Positions 1 to 9,214 are shown, counted from the first letter of the stretch. The stretch: DNA of 32,000 bases from Candidatus Saccharimonadota bacterium (GCF_029232205.1 NZ_CP107255.1:150001-182000); one strand, 5' to 3'. Notes: a model not told the origin generated them from the sequence alone. Numbers and translations: made by a program.

Positions 1-1205
1 CGTTCACATACAAAGCTGTAGAACCGGAAAAAGTCTCATTCAAACCGCTGGAATACGATAAACACATGCAGCTTGGAGAAATTCTGGATGAACACGAAAA
101 AGGCCAGAAATACGCATGGATTCTGGAAGACGAGGACAGATACCCGATAATTGAGGATTCTGAAGGAAAAGTGCTCAGCTTCCCGCCAATAATCAACAAC
201 CAGCTGACAGAAGTAGACTCCGAAACAACCGATATCTTCATCGACGTCACAGGAAAACACAGAGAAACAGTGATGAAGGCCCTCAACATCCTCACAACTG
301 CACTTTCTGAAAGAGGAGGCCAGATAGAATCAGTAACAGTCGACGGAGAAAAAATGCCGGATTTAACGCCTGAAGAAATGGAGCTTGATATCGAATACTT
401 CAGAGACATCTCAGGCCTTGATCTAGAACCAGAAGAAATTGTCAAAAGACTGGAAATGATGAAGCACGAGGCCAAAAAGAAGGGAGACAAGATCAAAGTC
501 AAGATTCCGGCCTACAGGAACGATATAATCCACCAGTACGACCTGATCGAGGAAGTTGTGATCGCACACCGGTACGACAATATAGAACCAGAAGTCCCAG
601 AAGTAGATCAAATGGCCTCAGTAAAACCTATTCAGGACTTCGCAGATAGAATAAGAGATGTAATGACAGGTGCCGGCGCTCTTGAAGCAAATACTTTCTA
701 CCTCTCCAGCAAGGAAAAAATCTTTGAAATGATGGAGATAGAGGAAAATGAAGTAGCAGAAGTAGCCAACGCATCAGGAGAGGAACAGGAGGTAGTCAGA
801 AACTGGCTTCTGCCATCACTGTTCCAGACACTGCACGATAACAGGCATCACAGCTATCCACAGACATTCTTCGAAGTATCCGATGTAGTAGAGCTCGACA
901 ACTCCAGAGTAGGAGCATCCAACAAAAAGAAGATGGCCTACATAGTAACAGGCAATGAAAAAGATTACACGGACGCAAGAGCAATCCTCCAGGTACTGGA
1001 AAGAGATCTAGGCCTTGAATTCGATGTACAGGAAAAATACCGGAGCTGCTTCAAAGAATCAAGATCAGCAGCAGTCTACTTCAAAGACAAGAGGGTAGGA
1101 ATAATCGGAGAGTTCTCAGAAGAAGTTATTGAAAACTGGGAGCTCAGCTATCCTGCAGCAGGCCTTGAACTGGACGTGGAAAAGATCCTTGAACTGAAAG
1201 AGTAA
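1..1205 (+). CDS. pheT: Phenylalanine--tRNA ligase beta subunit, archaeal type (5' end lies upstream of the window)
   Basis: The frame is open from the window edge (codons in phase with nt 3: FTYKAVEPEKVSFKPLEYDKH precedes the listed Met at 66). Stop codon TAA at 1203-1205. PheRS-beta hallmarks are present: VLSFPPIINN, IPAYRNDIIHQYDLIEEVVIAHRYDNI, and a C-terminal catalytic-like fold. Confidence 0.85.
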   Translation, partial: FTYKAVEPEKVSFKPLEYDKHMQLGEILDEHEKGQKYAWILEDEDRYPIIEDSEGKVLSFPPIINNQLTEVDSETTDIFIDVTGKHRETVMKALNILTTALSERGGQIESVTVDGEKMPDLTPEEMELDIEYFRDISGLDLEPEEIVKRLEMMKHEAKKKGDKIKVKIPAYRNDIIHQYDLIEEVVIAHRYDNIEPEVPEVDQMASVKPIQDFADRIRDVMTGAGALEANTFYLSSKEKIFEMMEIEENEVAEVANASGEEQEVVRNWLLPSLFQTLHDNRHHSYPQTFFEVSDVVELDNSRVGASNKKKMAYIVTGNEKDYTDARAILQVLERDLGLEFDVQEKYRSCFKESRSAAVYFKDKRVGIIGEFSEEVIENWELSYPAAGLELDVEKILELKE

Positions 1206-1246
1206 AGAAAAAAGAATTTTTGAAGGGTGGATGATGAACCCTGCGG

Positions 1247-1296
1247 GACCAAACTCTGCCGAGTTTGATCAGCTGAAGGCACAAAAAGTGCCTTTC
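1247..1296. terminator. Two adjacent stem-loops in the 127-nt spacer between convergent genes; possible bidirectional terminator
   Basis: 1250-1256 CAAACTC pairs with 1261-1267 GAGTTTG (7 bp, loop TGCC). 1276-1282 AAGGCAC pairs with 1288-1294 GTGCCTT (7 bp, loop AAAAA). A T5 run lies at 1309-1313. Function is inferred from position only. Confidence 0.3.
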
Positions 1297-1332
1297 GGAA
1301 GGGTTTGATTTTTGAGTGCTGACGCCCTGAAA

Positions 1333-1614
1333 TTATTCCTCATCGTTTTCTGAATTGGAATTGTCGTCAGGTTCCTCATGCGGACTCTCATCCTCTTCCT
1401 CTACTGCCACACTGTTTCTATCCTGTACTTCGCTCTCTGTAGGAATAATCAGCCAGGCCACAAGGTAAAGCAGAGGGCTCACTCCGGTAATAATCAGTAG
1501 CAACGTAATTAGGCGTACTACTGAAGGGTCAAAGCCGTAGACCTCAGCAATTCCTCCGCAAATACCGCCAAGGATTCTGTCAGTCTCCGACCGGTAAAGT
1601 CTGTTTTCTGCCAT
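1333..1614 (-). CDS. PspC-domain membrane protein with an acidic C-terminal tail
   Basis: N-terminus RLYRSETDRILGGICGGIAEVYGFDPSVVRLITLLL followed by a TM helix is the classic PspC-domain pattern. ATG start, with an A/T-rich box about 25 nt upstream. Confidence 0.75.
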   Translation of the reverse strand: MAENRLYRSETDRILGGICGGIAEVYGFDPSVVRLITLLLIITGVSPLLYLVAWLIIPTESEVQDRNSVAVEEEDESPHEEPDDNSNSENDEE

Positions 1615-1647
1615 TTTATTTCACACTACAAAGATTATATTCAAGGG

Positions 1648-2214
1648 TTAAATCTGTTCTTCTTCCTCATCAGTTGAGACACGACCTCCCTGCCACTGCC
1701 CCTCGTAATCGCGTACAAGGCCGCCAATAGCTTGTTTAAATACTATCTCGGCAACGCGAGCGCCTTCCTGAATCTCAAAGGTCTGATTGGAAACATTCTT
1801 CAAACCAAAAATCAGAGGCCCCTCATAACCTGGATTCGTATTCGTCCCTTTGAAGTACAGACCGCTTCTCTGCAGAGTACTTCTTGGATAGACATCAGGC
1901 ATCAAATGGGCCTCGGTCCCTCCAACCTCTACAGCATCGCTCGGAACCTCAACAGTCTCACGAGTCTTAATCAAGTAGTAATCGCCAGGCTCAAGAACAA
2001 GCGTGTCGCCAGAACCTTCCTCCAGAACTTTATCGCTGTCAGGAGTATCGCGGGTATCACGATGCAGAAAACCATCAGAACTCAGCTCAAAGGCCTCTCC
2101 CAGTCTTACTTCAAGGCCTACGCCTTCAGGATTTTCAAGCTCTCTATCAGCTAAATTATGAATCATTCCGTGCTCTTCACGCATTTCGAGCACTTTTCTC
2201 GCGGTAAGAATCAT
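1648..2214 (-). CDS. dcd: dCTP deaminase (dUTPase-fold)
   Basis: dCTP deaminase-like core: PRSTLQRSGL and TNPGYEGPLIFGLKNVSNQTFEIQEGARVAEIVF. I moved the start to the ATG at 2214 (MILTARKVLEM). The 2259 start would overlap the ndk 3' end and adds a non-acidic SFSLSF leader. Confidence 0.8.
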   Translation of the reverse strand: MILTARKVLEMREEHGMIHNLADRELENPEGVGLEVRLGEAFELSSDGFLHRDTRDTPDSDKVLEEGSGDTLVLEPGDYYLIKTRETVEVPSDAVEVGGTEAHLMPDVYPRSTLQRSGLYFKGTNTNPGYEGPLIFGLKNVSNQTFEIQEGARVAEIVFKQAIGGLVRDYEGQWQGGRVSTDEEEEQI

Positions 2215-2246
2215 AGAAAGAAAAAGGGAAAATGAAAGTGAAAAAC

Positions 2247-2744
2247 TTATCGAACCCACTCTTCTTGAGCGGTCTCAAAGTCGTGAATCTCGTCATCCTC
2301 AAACCAGATGCTGATCTCCTTCTCAGCTTCCTCTGGCTCAGCGGATGCGTGAATCAGGTTCTTGTGAAGCCGTCCGGACCCATCAGCGTGAGCGAATGAG
2401 ATGTGACCGTAAGTACCTCTGATTGTAGCAGGGTCGGCCTCAGTAGGATCTGTCTCTCCAACAATCTTTCTGATGTTCTCTACAGCATTAACACCTTCAA
2501 GAACCATTGCAACTACAGGCCCTTTCTTCATGTACTCTGCAAGCCTCTCGTAGAAATCCTTCTCTACGTGCTCCTCGTAATGCTCTTCAAGAAGATCATC
2601 TGTAGCCCATACCATCTTCATACCGCAGATCTTGAAACCTGCATTCTCAAAACGGGAGACAATCTCGCCAATAAGGCCTCTCTTAACAGTATCAGGTTTT
2701 AAAGCAACGAAAGTTTTCTCAACGTGTTCAAATTCTTCAGACAT
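2247..2744 (-). CDS. ndk: Nucleoside diphosphate kinase
   Basis: EKTFVALKPDTVKRGLIGEIVSRFENAGFKICGMKM, TIRGTYG, and the active-site region NLIHASAEPEEAEKEISIWF. The start is taken at the ATG at 2744 (MSEEFEH); the longer ORF start at 2828 overlaps the upstream gene. Confidence 0.9.
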   Translation of the reverse strand: MSEEFEHVEKTFVALKPDTVKRGLIGEIVSRFENAGFKICGMKMVWATDDLLEEHYEEHVEKDFYERLAEYMKKGPVVAMVLEGVNAVENIRKIVGETDPTEADPATIRGTYGHISFAHADGSGRLHKNLIHASAEPEEAEKEISIWFEDDEIHDFETAQEEWVR

Positions 2745-2784
2745 ATTTACACCTTCTATAACTAAAGTAGAGAAAGGAAATTTT

Positions 2785-3276
2785 TTAATTCGAATTCTCA
2801 GGAAGAGGCCTGTAAAAAGTCTGCTCACATGGCAGAAGAGTTACATTATCATTCTCAAGCCACTCAGTAGCAGTCTGATTCCTGTAAGAGGCCTCATCAG
2901 TCCATTCCATACCGCTTATATCCTCATTACAGATATTGTAGGCCTGCATCATCAACTCTGACTCAACCCTTCTGTAAAAGTTCGCGGTACCGGGCTCAAC
3001 CTCAGTATAATTATCGTAATTGTAAGTAGTATGATCCTGCTTCTGAAGACCCATACAGAAACCACCGGCCTCAACACCTACACACTCAACAGTAATCTCG
3101 GTGTAGCCAACTTTCTGACCAGTATCCGGCGCAAGAATATTATGAATGCCCAGCAGAAGAACAACAAGTCCAAGCGAAATACCTACATATTTGAGCTGTT
3201 CCTGAAGTTCCTCTGAAATCTCCTGGCCCATTACTTCCATACTCAGAAATCTGTTGACTATCTTCTTAAAACCCAC
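2785..3276 (-). CDS. Hypothetical membrane-anchored extracytoplasmic protein (one N-terminal TM, 4 Cys)
   Basis: One hydrophobic helix (YVGISLGLVVLLLGIHNILA) followed by an acidic domain of about 110 aa. No family recognised. The start is ambiguous (3276, 3240 or 3231). Confidence 0.5.
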   Translation of the reverse strand: MGFKKIVNRFLSMEVMGQEISEELQEQLKYVGISLGLVVLLLGIHNILAPDTGQKVGYTEITVECVGVEAGGFCMGLQKQDHTTYNYDNYTEVEPGTANFYRRVESELMMQAYNICNEDISGMEWTDEASYRNQTATEWLENDNVTLLPCEQTFYRPLPENSN

Positions 3277-3329
3277 TCCGGCCGAATATCGAGTATTTTA
3301 TCAATATTCGACTCGCCTGATTATACACG

Positions 3330-5195
3330 ATGCAGCTAGGAACAATCGAAGGAGAAGTCACCACATCATCATTCAAATTCCGAGCAGTGGAAGAAGTAAG
3401 AAAATTCGACTTCATCTCAGTAAAGAGCAACGAAAAATGGATACTAGGCCAAGTCGACGAAGTAACAAAGAAACCCGACGGCGAAACCATGGCCCATGCC
3501 AACATCATCGGATACAGAGACAAAGGCCTCACCAAAGCACCAAGAAGAGTAATAGAACCAGACTCAATAGTATACAAAGCAGACCAGGAACTAATATCGG
3601 ACACACTAGGCCTCGACGACGAAGGCCTCCGCATCGGAAACCTAGAAACCAATCCCGATATCGATATCCACGTTAACGCAGAGGACTTCTACAAACACTT
3701 TGCAGTACTGGCCCAGACAGGCGCAGGGAAATCATACCTGACAGGAGTGCTGATTGAGGAGATGCTGGAAGATGACTTCCCTGTACTGATACTTGATCCT
3801 CACGGAGAATACTCCTCGCTGCGACAGGAAAACCCGGAAAACGATGAAGAAAGACAGGCCTATGATATCAAGGAGTTCTCGCCAAACACAGATATCAATC
3901 CAGAGGCCGTACCGCTTAGATTCTCATCCAGGAACTTCGAGAAAAAAGAACTAACAACTCTAATTCCGGACTCACTGACAAACTCACAGATGGGAGTGCT
4001 CTACAACGCGTTGAAACGGCTGCAAGAGAAAGACGAAGACTACAACCTCAACGACTTGATGGACGCAGTCTCTAACGAAGACTCAACAGCCAAATGGAAC
4101 CTCCTCAACTATCTCGAGCAACTAGACGACTCAGGCCTTTTCTCCGACTCTCCAATGGATCTGGAGGAACTGGTCGAGCCAGGAAGAGCAACAATCATCA
4201 ATCTCAGAGCTGTAGAACCAGAAACAGCAGAAATGACAGCTTACATGCTCGCCAAGAAACTTTTCGACCTAAGAAAAAGAAACCAGATCCCGCCATTCAT
4301 AACAGTAATAGAAGAGGCCCACAACTTCACACCGGAAAAAGGATTCGGCCAGACAATCTCCAACCCAATACTAAGAAAAATAGCATCAGAAGGCCGTAAA
4401 TTCGGTCTAGGTCTCGGAGTAATCTCTCAGAGGCCGGCAAGAATCGACAAAAACGTATTATCTCAGGCCAACACACAGTTCATACTAAGAGTAACCAATC
4501 CAAACGATCTCAAGGCCATATCCAAGTCCTTTGAAGGAATAACAAGCGAAGTAGAGGATATGATCAAGTCGCTGCCGCCAGGAGTGGCCTTCGTACTAGG
4601 AAACGAGTATCCTGTTATGACTGATGTCAGAACACGTAAATCGAAGCACGGAGGAGAAACACAGACTTCAGACACCTATGTAGAGAAGGAAAGCGTGGAA
4701 GTCTTCGAAACAAGAAAATCTAGAGGCGAACTCGAATCAGAAACTGGGGAAAAGTACACTCCGGCCTACTATCCGCTTTATCTTCTCAAGAATGATGAGA
4801 AAAAAGTACTTGTCGATGGAGTAAAGAACAATATCAAGGCGGAGAGGCCTAAAATCTCTGGAAGTGAAAAAGAGGTCTACAAGAAGCTTCAGAGAGGAAA
4901 GGAGAAATCAGAAATTCTGGAAGACCTTGAAATGGATCTTTCAAAGCTAACGGCGATAATTGATGGCCTGCGAAAGAAAGGATTCGTGAAGGAGGGTTCA
5001 AACGACGTGGCGGAGTCAGTACTCGATCTTGAGATAGAGGATCAGAGTGTAGAGGCCGAAGAACTGATTGATTACGAGGTATCGGAGGACGAGGCCCGCT
5101 CACACCTGAAAAACTCGGAAGTCAGAAAAGTCCGCTACCCTTACTTTTCGAAGGGAGAAACTGTCTACGATCCGATTCTGGGTAAGGAAATCTAA
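3330..5195 (+). CDS. HerA-like (DUF87/COG0433-type) ATPase with a C-terminal extension of about 170 aa
   Basis: N-terminal HAS-barrel-like region. Walker A is FAVLAQTGAGKSY. Walker B region is FITVIEEAHNF. Conserved ASEGRKFGLGLGVISQRPARID and FILRVTNPND. The extension from about nt 4630 contains a winged-helix-like stretch (EVYKKLQRGKEKSEILEDLEMDLSKLTAIIDGLRKKGFVKE). Confidence 0.8.
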   Translation: MQLGTIEGEVTTSSFKFRAVEEVRKFDFISVKSNEKWILGQVDEVTKKPDGETMAHANIIGYRDKGLTKAPRRVIEPDSIVYKADQELISDTLGLDDEGLRIGNLETNPDIDIHVNAEDFYKHFAVLAQTGAGKSYLTGVLIEEMLEDDFPVLILDPHGEYSSLRQENPENDEERQAYDIKEFSPNTDINPEAVPLRFSSRNFEKKELTTLIPDSLTNSQMGVLYNALKRLQEKDEDYNLNDLMDAVSNEDSTAKWNLLNYLEQLDDSGLFSDSPMDLEELVEPGRATIINLRAVEPETAEMTAYMLAKKLFDLRKRNQIPPFITVIEEAHNFTPEKGFGQTISNPILRKIASEGRKFGLGLGVISQRPARIDKNVLSQANTQFILRVTNPNDLKAISKSFEGITSEVEDMIKSLPPGVAFVLGNEYPVMTDVRTRKSKHGGETQTSDTYVEKESVEVFETRKSRGELESETGEKYTPAYYPLYLLKNDEKKVLVDGVKNNIKAERPKISGSEKEVYKKLQRGKEKSEILEDLEMDLSKLTAIIDGLRKKGFVKEGSNDVAESVLDLEIEDQSVEAEELIDYEVSEDEARSHLKNSEVRKVRYPYFSKGETVYDPILGKEI

Positions 5196-5245
5196 TCCGT
5201 TCCTATTTTAAGAATTACTTATCCCTATCTATTATACGAACTCAC

Positions 5246-5319
5246 GGGTTCGTGGTCTAGTTGGTTATGACGTCGCCCTTACAAGGCGAAGATCCCCAGT
5301 TCGAATCTGGGCGAACCCA
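5246..5319 (+). tRNA. tRNA-Val (anticodon UAC), no encoded CCA, no intron
   Basis: Cloverleaf read by hand. Acceptor GGGTTCG/CGAACCC with discriminator A. Anticodon stem TCGCC/GGCGA with loop CTTACAA (anticodon TAC). T-arm CCCAG-TTCGAAT-CTGGG. Confidence 0.9.
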
Positions 5320-5482
5320 TCGTTCAAGGCTTATCAAGGCCTGAGCAGGATCTCTTATCATAAATCCTGCAGTATCTTGTAAGATTCAAAAAACTCAATG
5401 CCACACTTAACCTCATGGTGTTGTCACCAAAAGGTAAATAAACGTTGCATGGGAATAGTGAGAATGTGGCTAAGATTTCCCA

Positions 5483-5491
5483 TTTAATAAA
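5483..5491 (+). promoter_or_regulatory. TATA-like box for pth2-truD (leaderless arrangement)
   Basis: TTTAATAAA is centred about 29 nt upstream of the ATG at 5516. No Shine-Dalgarno sequence is present. Confidence 0.35.
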
Positions 5492-5515
5492 TCCGGAAAA
5501 ACAATATCTGATATT

Positions 5516-5863
5516 ATGACGCAGTACAAACAGGCCATCGTTTTGCAAGAGGACTTGAACATGTCTAAAGGAAAATCTATCGCACAGGCCTGTCACGCGT
5601 CACTGAAGGCCTATGAAAGGTCTGAAGATAAAATCCGGGAGAAATGGGATAAACAGGGAGCGAAAAAAGTTGCACTCGATATCGGCAACAAAGATATCAG
5701 GGTTCGGTTCCAAAAAGCAAAGGATGAAGGCCTACCAGCATATCTGGTGAAGGACGCTGGTCGGACCGAACTTAAATCTGGTACTGTAACAGCGCTCGGG
5801 ATTGGCCCTGCAGAAGAATCTAAAATCGATAGCATAACTGGAGATCTTGGCTTGATAGAATAA
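5516..5863 (+). CDS. pth2: Peptidyl-tRNA hydrolase, archaeal/eukaryal PTH2 type
   Basis: YKQAIVLQEDLNMSKGKSIAQACHASL, LVKDAGRTELKSGTVTALGIGP, and a length of 115 aa are typical of PTH2. Confidence 0.9.
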   Translation: MTQYKQAIVLQEDLNMSKGKSIAQACHASLKAYERSEDKIREKWDKQGAKKVALDIGNKDIRVRFQKAKDEGLPAYLVKDAGRTELKSGTVTALGIGPAEESKIDSITGDLGLIE

Positions 5864-7053
5864 TGGGTGAAGACGAAATGGAAATGGAGAATACTACAAT
5901 TAACTTGGTGGAAATGGACTGGGAGTACTACACTGATACTCTCGGTATTGAAGGCGTACTAAAAGAGCAGGTAAACGATTTCGTGGTGAGAGAGCTTGCC
6001 AGCCACGAAACAGGCGAAGGAGATCATCTTATCGTCAAGCTCCGAAAACAGAACATGACCACTATGGATGCCATTGGAAAGCTATCTAGCATGCTACACA
6101 TTTCCAAAGACAGGATAGGATACGCAGGAAACAAAGACAAGAAGGCCGTTACAGAACAGTACATCTCCGTTAAAGGAGTAGATCCAGAAGACATCCGAGG
6201 AATATACACTGACGAGTTCGATCTCGAAGTTGTAGGATACGGCCACAGAATTGGCATCGGAAATCTTTCTGCCAACAGATTCGAAATAACAATAAGAGAC
6301 CTCAACCTCCCAATCGAGGACCTGAGAAACAGAACACTGAAAATCGTCGATGAAATGGACGGCAAGTTCCCTAACTACTTCGGCCCACAGAGATTTGGTT
6401 CAACAAGACCAATTACACACCAGGTAGGCCGCCATCTTCTGAAAGGAAATTATGAGGAAGCAGTATGGACATACATCGCAAAGCCATACGACCAGGAATA
6501 CAAGAGCATCAGAAAGACAAGAGAAGAACTCTGGGAAACCAGAGAAGTAGAGGGTGCAGCAGAAAAATTCCCGAAAAAGTATCGATACGAGAAAACCCTG
6601 CTGTATCACCTGACAAAACACCCTGAAGACTATCAAGGCGCGATTAAAAGGCTGCCTGAAGGCCTACAAACACTTTTCATCCATGCATATCAATCATGGG
6701 TTTACAACCGAGTTCTCTCACAACTTCTCGAAGACGGATGGTACCAAGAAGATTATGAAATCCCTCTTGTCGGTTACAAGACAGATCTGAAAGATGAGAA
6801 ACCAGAAAACATAATGGAAGACGTCCTTGAGGAGGAAGGAGTATCACAGGACGACTTCAGACTATCTGACTTCCCAGAACTCAGGTCAGAAGGAAGCTAC
6901 AGGAGAGCATTCGCAGACTTCAGGAACTTTGAGATACTGGATATAGGAGACGACTCACTGAACATGGCCAAAAACAAGATGACTGTCAAGTTCGACCTAC
7001 CGAAAGGATCATACGCAACAGTATTTCTCAGAGAGATACAGAAGAACAACTAA
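5863..7053 (+). CDS. truD: tRNA pseudouridine synthase D (TruD/Pus7 family)
   Basis: Catalytic motif IGYAGNKDKKAVTEQYISV plus NYFGPQRFG. The start overlaps the pth2 stop (TAATG), suggesting translational coupling. Confidence 0.85.
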   Translation: MGEDEMEMENTTINLVEMDWEYYTDTLGIEGVLKEQVNDFVVRELASHETGEGDHLIVKLRKQNMTTMDAIGKLSSMLHISKDRIGYAGNKDKKAVTEQYISVKGVDPEDIRGIYTDEFDLEVVGYGHRIGIGNLSANRFEITIRDLNLPIEDLRNRTLKIVDEMDGKFPNYFGPQRFGSTRPITHQVGRHLLKGNYEEAVWTYIAKPYDQEYKSIRKTREELWETREVEGAAEKFPKKYRYEKTLLYHLTKHPEDYQGAIKRLPEGLQTLFIHAYQSWVYNRVLSQLLEDGWYQEDYEIPLVGYKTDLKDEKPENIMEDVLEEEGVSQDDFRLSDFPELRSEGSYRRAFADFRNFEILDIGDDSLNMAKNKMTVKFDLPKGSYATVFLREIQKNN

Positions 7054-7085
7054 CCCCTATTTTTCCTACTACCTCATCCCTAACT

Positions 7086-7098
7086 TTATTTTATTAAT
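7086..7098 (+). promoter_or_regulatory. TATA-like box upstream of the glycosyltransferase gene
   Basis: TTTATTTTATTAA is centred about 24 nt upstream of the ATG at 7116. No SD is present. Confidence 0.35.
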
Positions 7099-7115
7099 CG
7101 TTTAAACACAATAAC

Positions 7116-8537
7116 ATGGGCCTGCAACCAAGAGAAATAGCGGAAAGCACAGGTAACTGGATAAAACAAAATAAGACTTTTACAGCAATAATCACTGCAT
7201 TCGCGGTATCACAGGCCTACATTCTCACACAGATCTGGACACATCCTCTCATATGGGATACGTCAATCTACTGGGGAATGGGCAAAGCACTGTTCTCAGG
7301 AAACCAGATAGGCCTATGGGAACAGTTCAGACCACCAATGCTGCCTATAATCCTCGGAACACTATGGAAACTAGGCATGCCAGCAGAAGGATTCACAAGG
7401 CTGATGGCAGTACTTTTCTCAACAGCAGGCCTCACAGGAATCTATCTCATGGCAAAAGACCTCTACACAAAGAAAGTAGCAGCCTACACAGTAGGAATAA
7501 TAGCAGCATCAATCACATTTGCATACTACACAAACATGCTGCTCACAGGAATACCGGCCTCATTCCTCGTATTCACATCAATATACCTAGCAACCAAGAA
7601 AAAACACTTATCAGCAGGTATAATCGGAGGCCTGGCATTCCTCACGCGGTTCCCAGCAGCACTGGTAGGCCCAGCCGCAGTACTCTACATAGCATACACA
7701 TACAGAAATGAAATACAGCAAATGCTTGTCCAGGCCTCAAAATACACTGCAGGATTCTTCGCAGTAGCAATACCTTACATGGCCGCCAACCACTACTTCT
7801 ACAGTAGCGCACTGCAGCCATTCATCAGAGGATTCTCAATCCCGGCCTCAACACAGAGCACATACCTCTACGGAGTATTCTACATGTTCAACGGGATAAA
7901 AGCCAGCATCTTCCTGGCACTACTCCCGGTAGGCCTCTACATGATTCTCAAATACAGAGAGAAAAAATATTACGGGTTTACAGCAGCACTGACCCTACTC
8001 TACGGATTCTTCACATACTTCCCGAGAAAAGAAGTCAGATTTATCCTTCTGTTCCTGCCGCTAATGGCAATTGTATCAGCAAGAGGCCTTGAAGAGGTAG
8101 TTGAGAGGGTTCAACATGAGAAAATTACCTCTGAAAGAAAGAATATGTTGGTTGCTGCAGTATTTGTTGTTATAATTCTTTTCGCTGGGTTCCAGGTTTA
8201 TCAGCAGAAGCAATGGGTCAACCAGAATCAGGTTGACTTTTACAGAGCACATTCGAATCTTACTGGATCGGTAGCTGCAAATGACGCACAGATCATGCCT
8301 TACGGTGACTTCAAGTATCTGGCAATGCCGCCTCTAAGTCTTGAAGCCCACTACGAAATGGCCCAGGAGGAGGCTGATTACTTCTCGATTAACACATGTG
8401 CATGGTACTGTTTCCCGGGTGATGAGGAATGCAAGCAGAGAATTGAAAATTACGAGGAAAACGTCTCTGAGAATTACGCGAATGTTTATCAAGATCATGG
8501 GGAACAATGTCAATACGATATTTACAGAGTGAATTAG
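7116..8537 (+). CDS. Polytopic membrane glycosyltransferase, GT-C fold (PMT_2/ArnT-like)
   Basis: About 11-12 predicted TM helices with the layout and early-loop pattern of ArnT/PMT-family enzymes (HPLIWDTSIYWGMGKALF, GLWEQFRPPMLPIILG), then a C-terminal soluble domain with 4 Cys. No WWDxG motif, so this is not AglB/STT3. Confidence 0.55.
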   Translation: MGLQPREIAESTGNWIKQNKTFTAIITAFAVSQAYILTQIWTHPLIWDTSIYWGMGKALFSGNQIGLWEQFRPPMLPIILGTLWKLGMPAEGFTRLMAVLFSTAGLTGIYLMAKDLYTKKVAAYTVGIIAASITFAYYTNMLLTGIPASFLVFTSIYLATKKKHLSAGIIGGLAFLTRFPAALVGPAAVLYIAYTYRNEIQQMLVQASKYTAGFFAVAIPYMAANHYFYSSALQPFIRGFSIPASTQSTYLYGVFYMFNGIKASIFLALLPVGLYMILKYREKKYYGFTAALTLLYGFFTYFPRKEVRFILLFLPLMAIVSARGLEEVVERVQHEKITSERKNMLVAAVFVVIILFAGFQVYQQKQWVNQNQVDFYRAHSNLTGSVAANDAQIMPYGDFKYLAMPPLSLEAHYEMAQEEADYFSINTCAWYCFPGDEECKQRIENYEENVSENYANVYQDHGEQCQYDIYRVN

Positions 8538-8539
8538 AG

Positions 8540-9214
8540 ATGAGAGAACTTAAGAAATACCGTTATCTTTTCGCAGCGCTTTTGACAGTACTAGTATTCA
8601 GTCTAGGTATGCTCTTCAGTAACTTCATGGATACTCAGAGATCCAACGAACTTCAATCAGAAATGAATGAAGACATAATACAGTTACAGAGCCAGAATCT
8701 GCAACTAACATACCTGAAATCAAATCAGGTTAACTCATGCGCTGCAATGGAAGAAGGCCTGACCAACATGATCAAAGACTATAATAAAAGACTGAATAAG
8801 GTACAGGAGTATCAGCAGAACAGTATTGCAAACTCTGGAAGATTTGAACAGATCAAAAAGCAGTATATTATTTCAGGCCTCAGATACTGGATTTTTGTTG
8901 GAGATCTTAAGACTGAGTGCGACTACAATCCTGATACGGTTCTCTTCTTCACGGAAAGCCTTGAGGCCAGTAACTGTCAGGAATGTAAGCGGCAAGGCCA
9001 GCAGCTTGAGCTACTGAAACAGAAGTACAGAGAAGATGTTCTCATTTTCTCAGTGCCTACCTCAATGGATGACGGCATGATAAATGTTCTAGAGCAGCAG
9101 TACAATGTATCTAGGCCTCCAGCTGTAGTTCTTAACAGGGATACGGTTCTACAAGGCTACAGCTCAAGAAGTTTGATAGAGGAAAAACTGAATGAATCAG
9201 GTGGTTCGCAGTGA
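8540..9214 (+). CDS. Membrane-anchored thioredoxin-fold-like protein with a CxxC motif
   Basis: N-terminal TM (YLFAALLTVLVFSLGMLF), a coiled region, then VLFFTESLEASNCQECKRQGQQLELLK...VLIFSVP...RPPAVVLN. This resembles a Trx/DsbA-type fold, with CQEC at nt 8975-8986. The ATG at 8540 lies 2 nt after the upstream stop; an alternative ATG is at 8507. Confidence 0.45.
   Translation: MRELKKYRYLFAALLTVLVFSLGMLFSNFMDTQRSNELQSEMNEDIIQLQSQNLQLTYLKSNQVNSCAAMEEGLTNMIKDYNKRLNKVQEYQQNSIANSGRFEQIKKQYIISGLRYWIFVGDLKTECDYNPDTVLFFTESLEASNCQECKRQGQQLELLKQKYREDVLIFSVPTSMDDGMINVLEQQYNVSRPPAVVLNRDTVLQGYSSRSLIEEKLNESGGSQ

Noticed and set aside
1231-1276. Possible C/D-box sRNA (ATGATGA at 1231-1237, CTGA at 1273-1276)
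   Set aside because: The boxes are only 35 nt apart. There are no convincing internal D' and C' boxes and no terminal stem. The intervening sequence forms a simple hairpin more consistent with a terminator.
3254-3676. 140-aa Arg/Pro-rich ORF in an alternative frame, with similar alternative-frame or antisense ORFs at 7253-7711, 20053-20625 and 30110-30643
   Set aside because: These overlap confidently identified genes (HerA-like, GT-C, MoxR, PpsA). Their low-complexity basic composition is typical of off-frame artefacts.
5196-5515. Integrated mobile element or genomic island at tRNA-Val
   Set aside because: There is no integrase. I noticed no direct repeat of the tRNA 3' end. The flanking genes (herA-like, pth2, truD) are ordinary chromosomal genes with the same composition.
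5324-5596. 90-aa minus-strand ORF between tRNA-Val and pth2
   Set aside because: It overlaps the pth2 start and promoter, is Cys- and Phe-rich and not acidic, and has no recognisable motif.
7116-8537. Oligosaccharyltransferase AglB/STT3 identity for the polytopic membrane protein
   Set aside because: There is no WWDxG-type motif. The 473-aa size and the loop pattern fit ArnT/PMT-like GT-C enzymes better.
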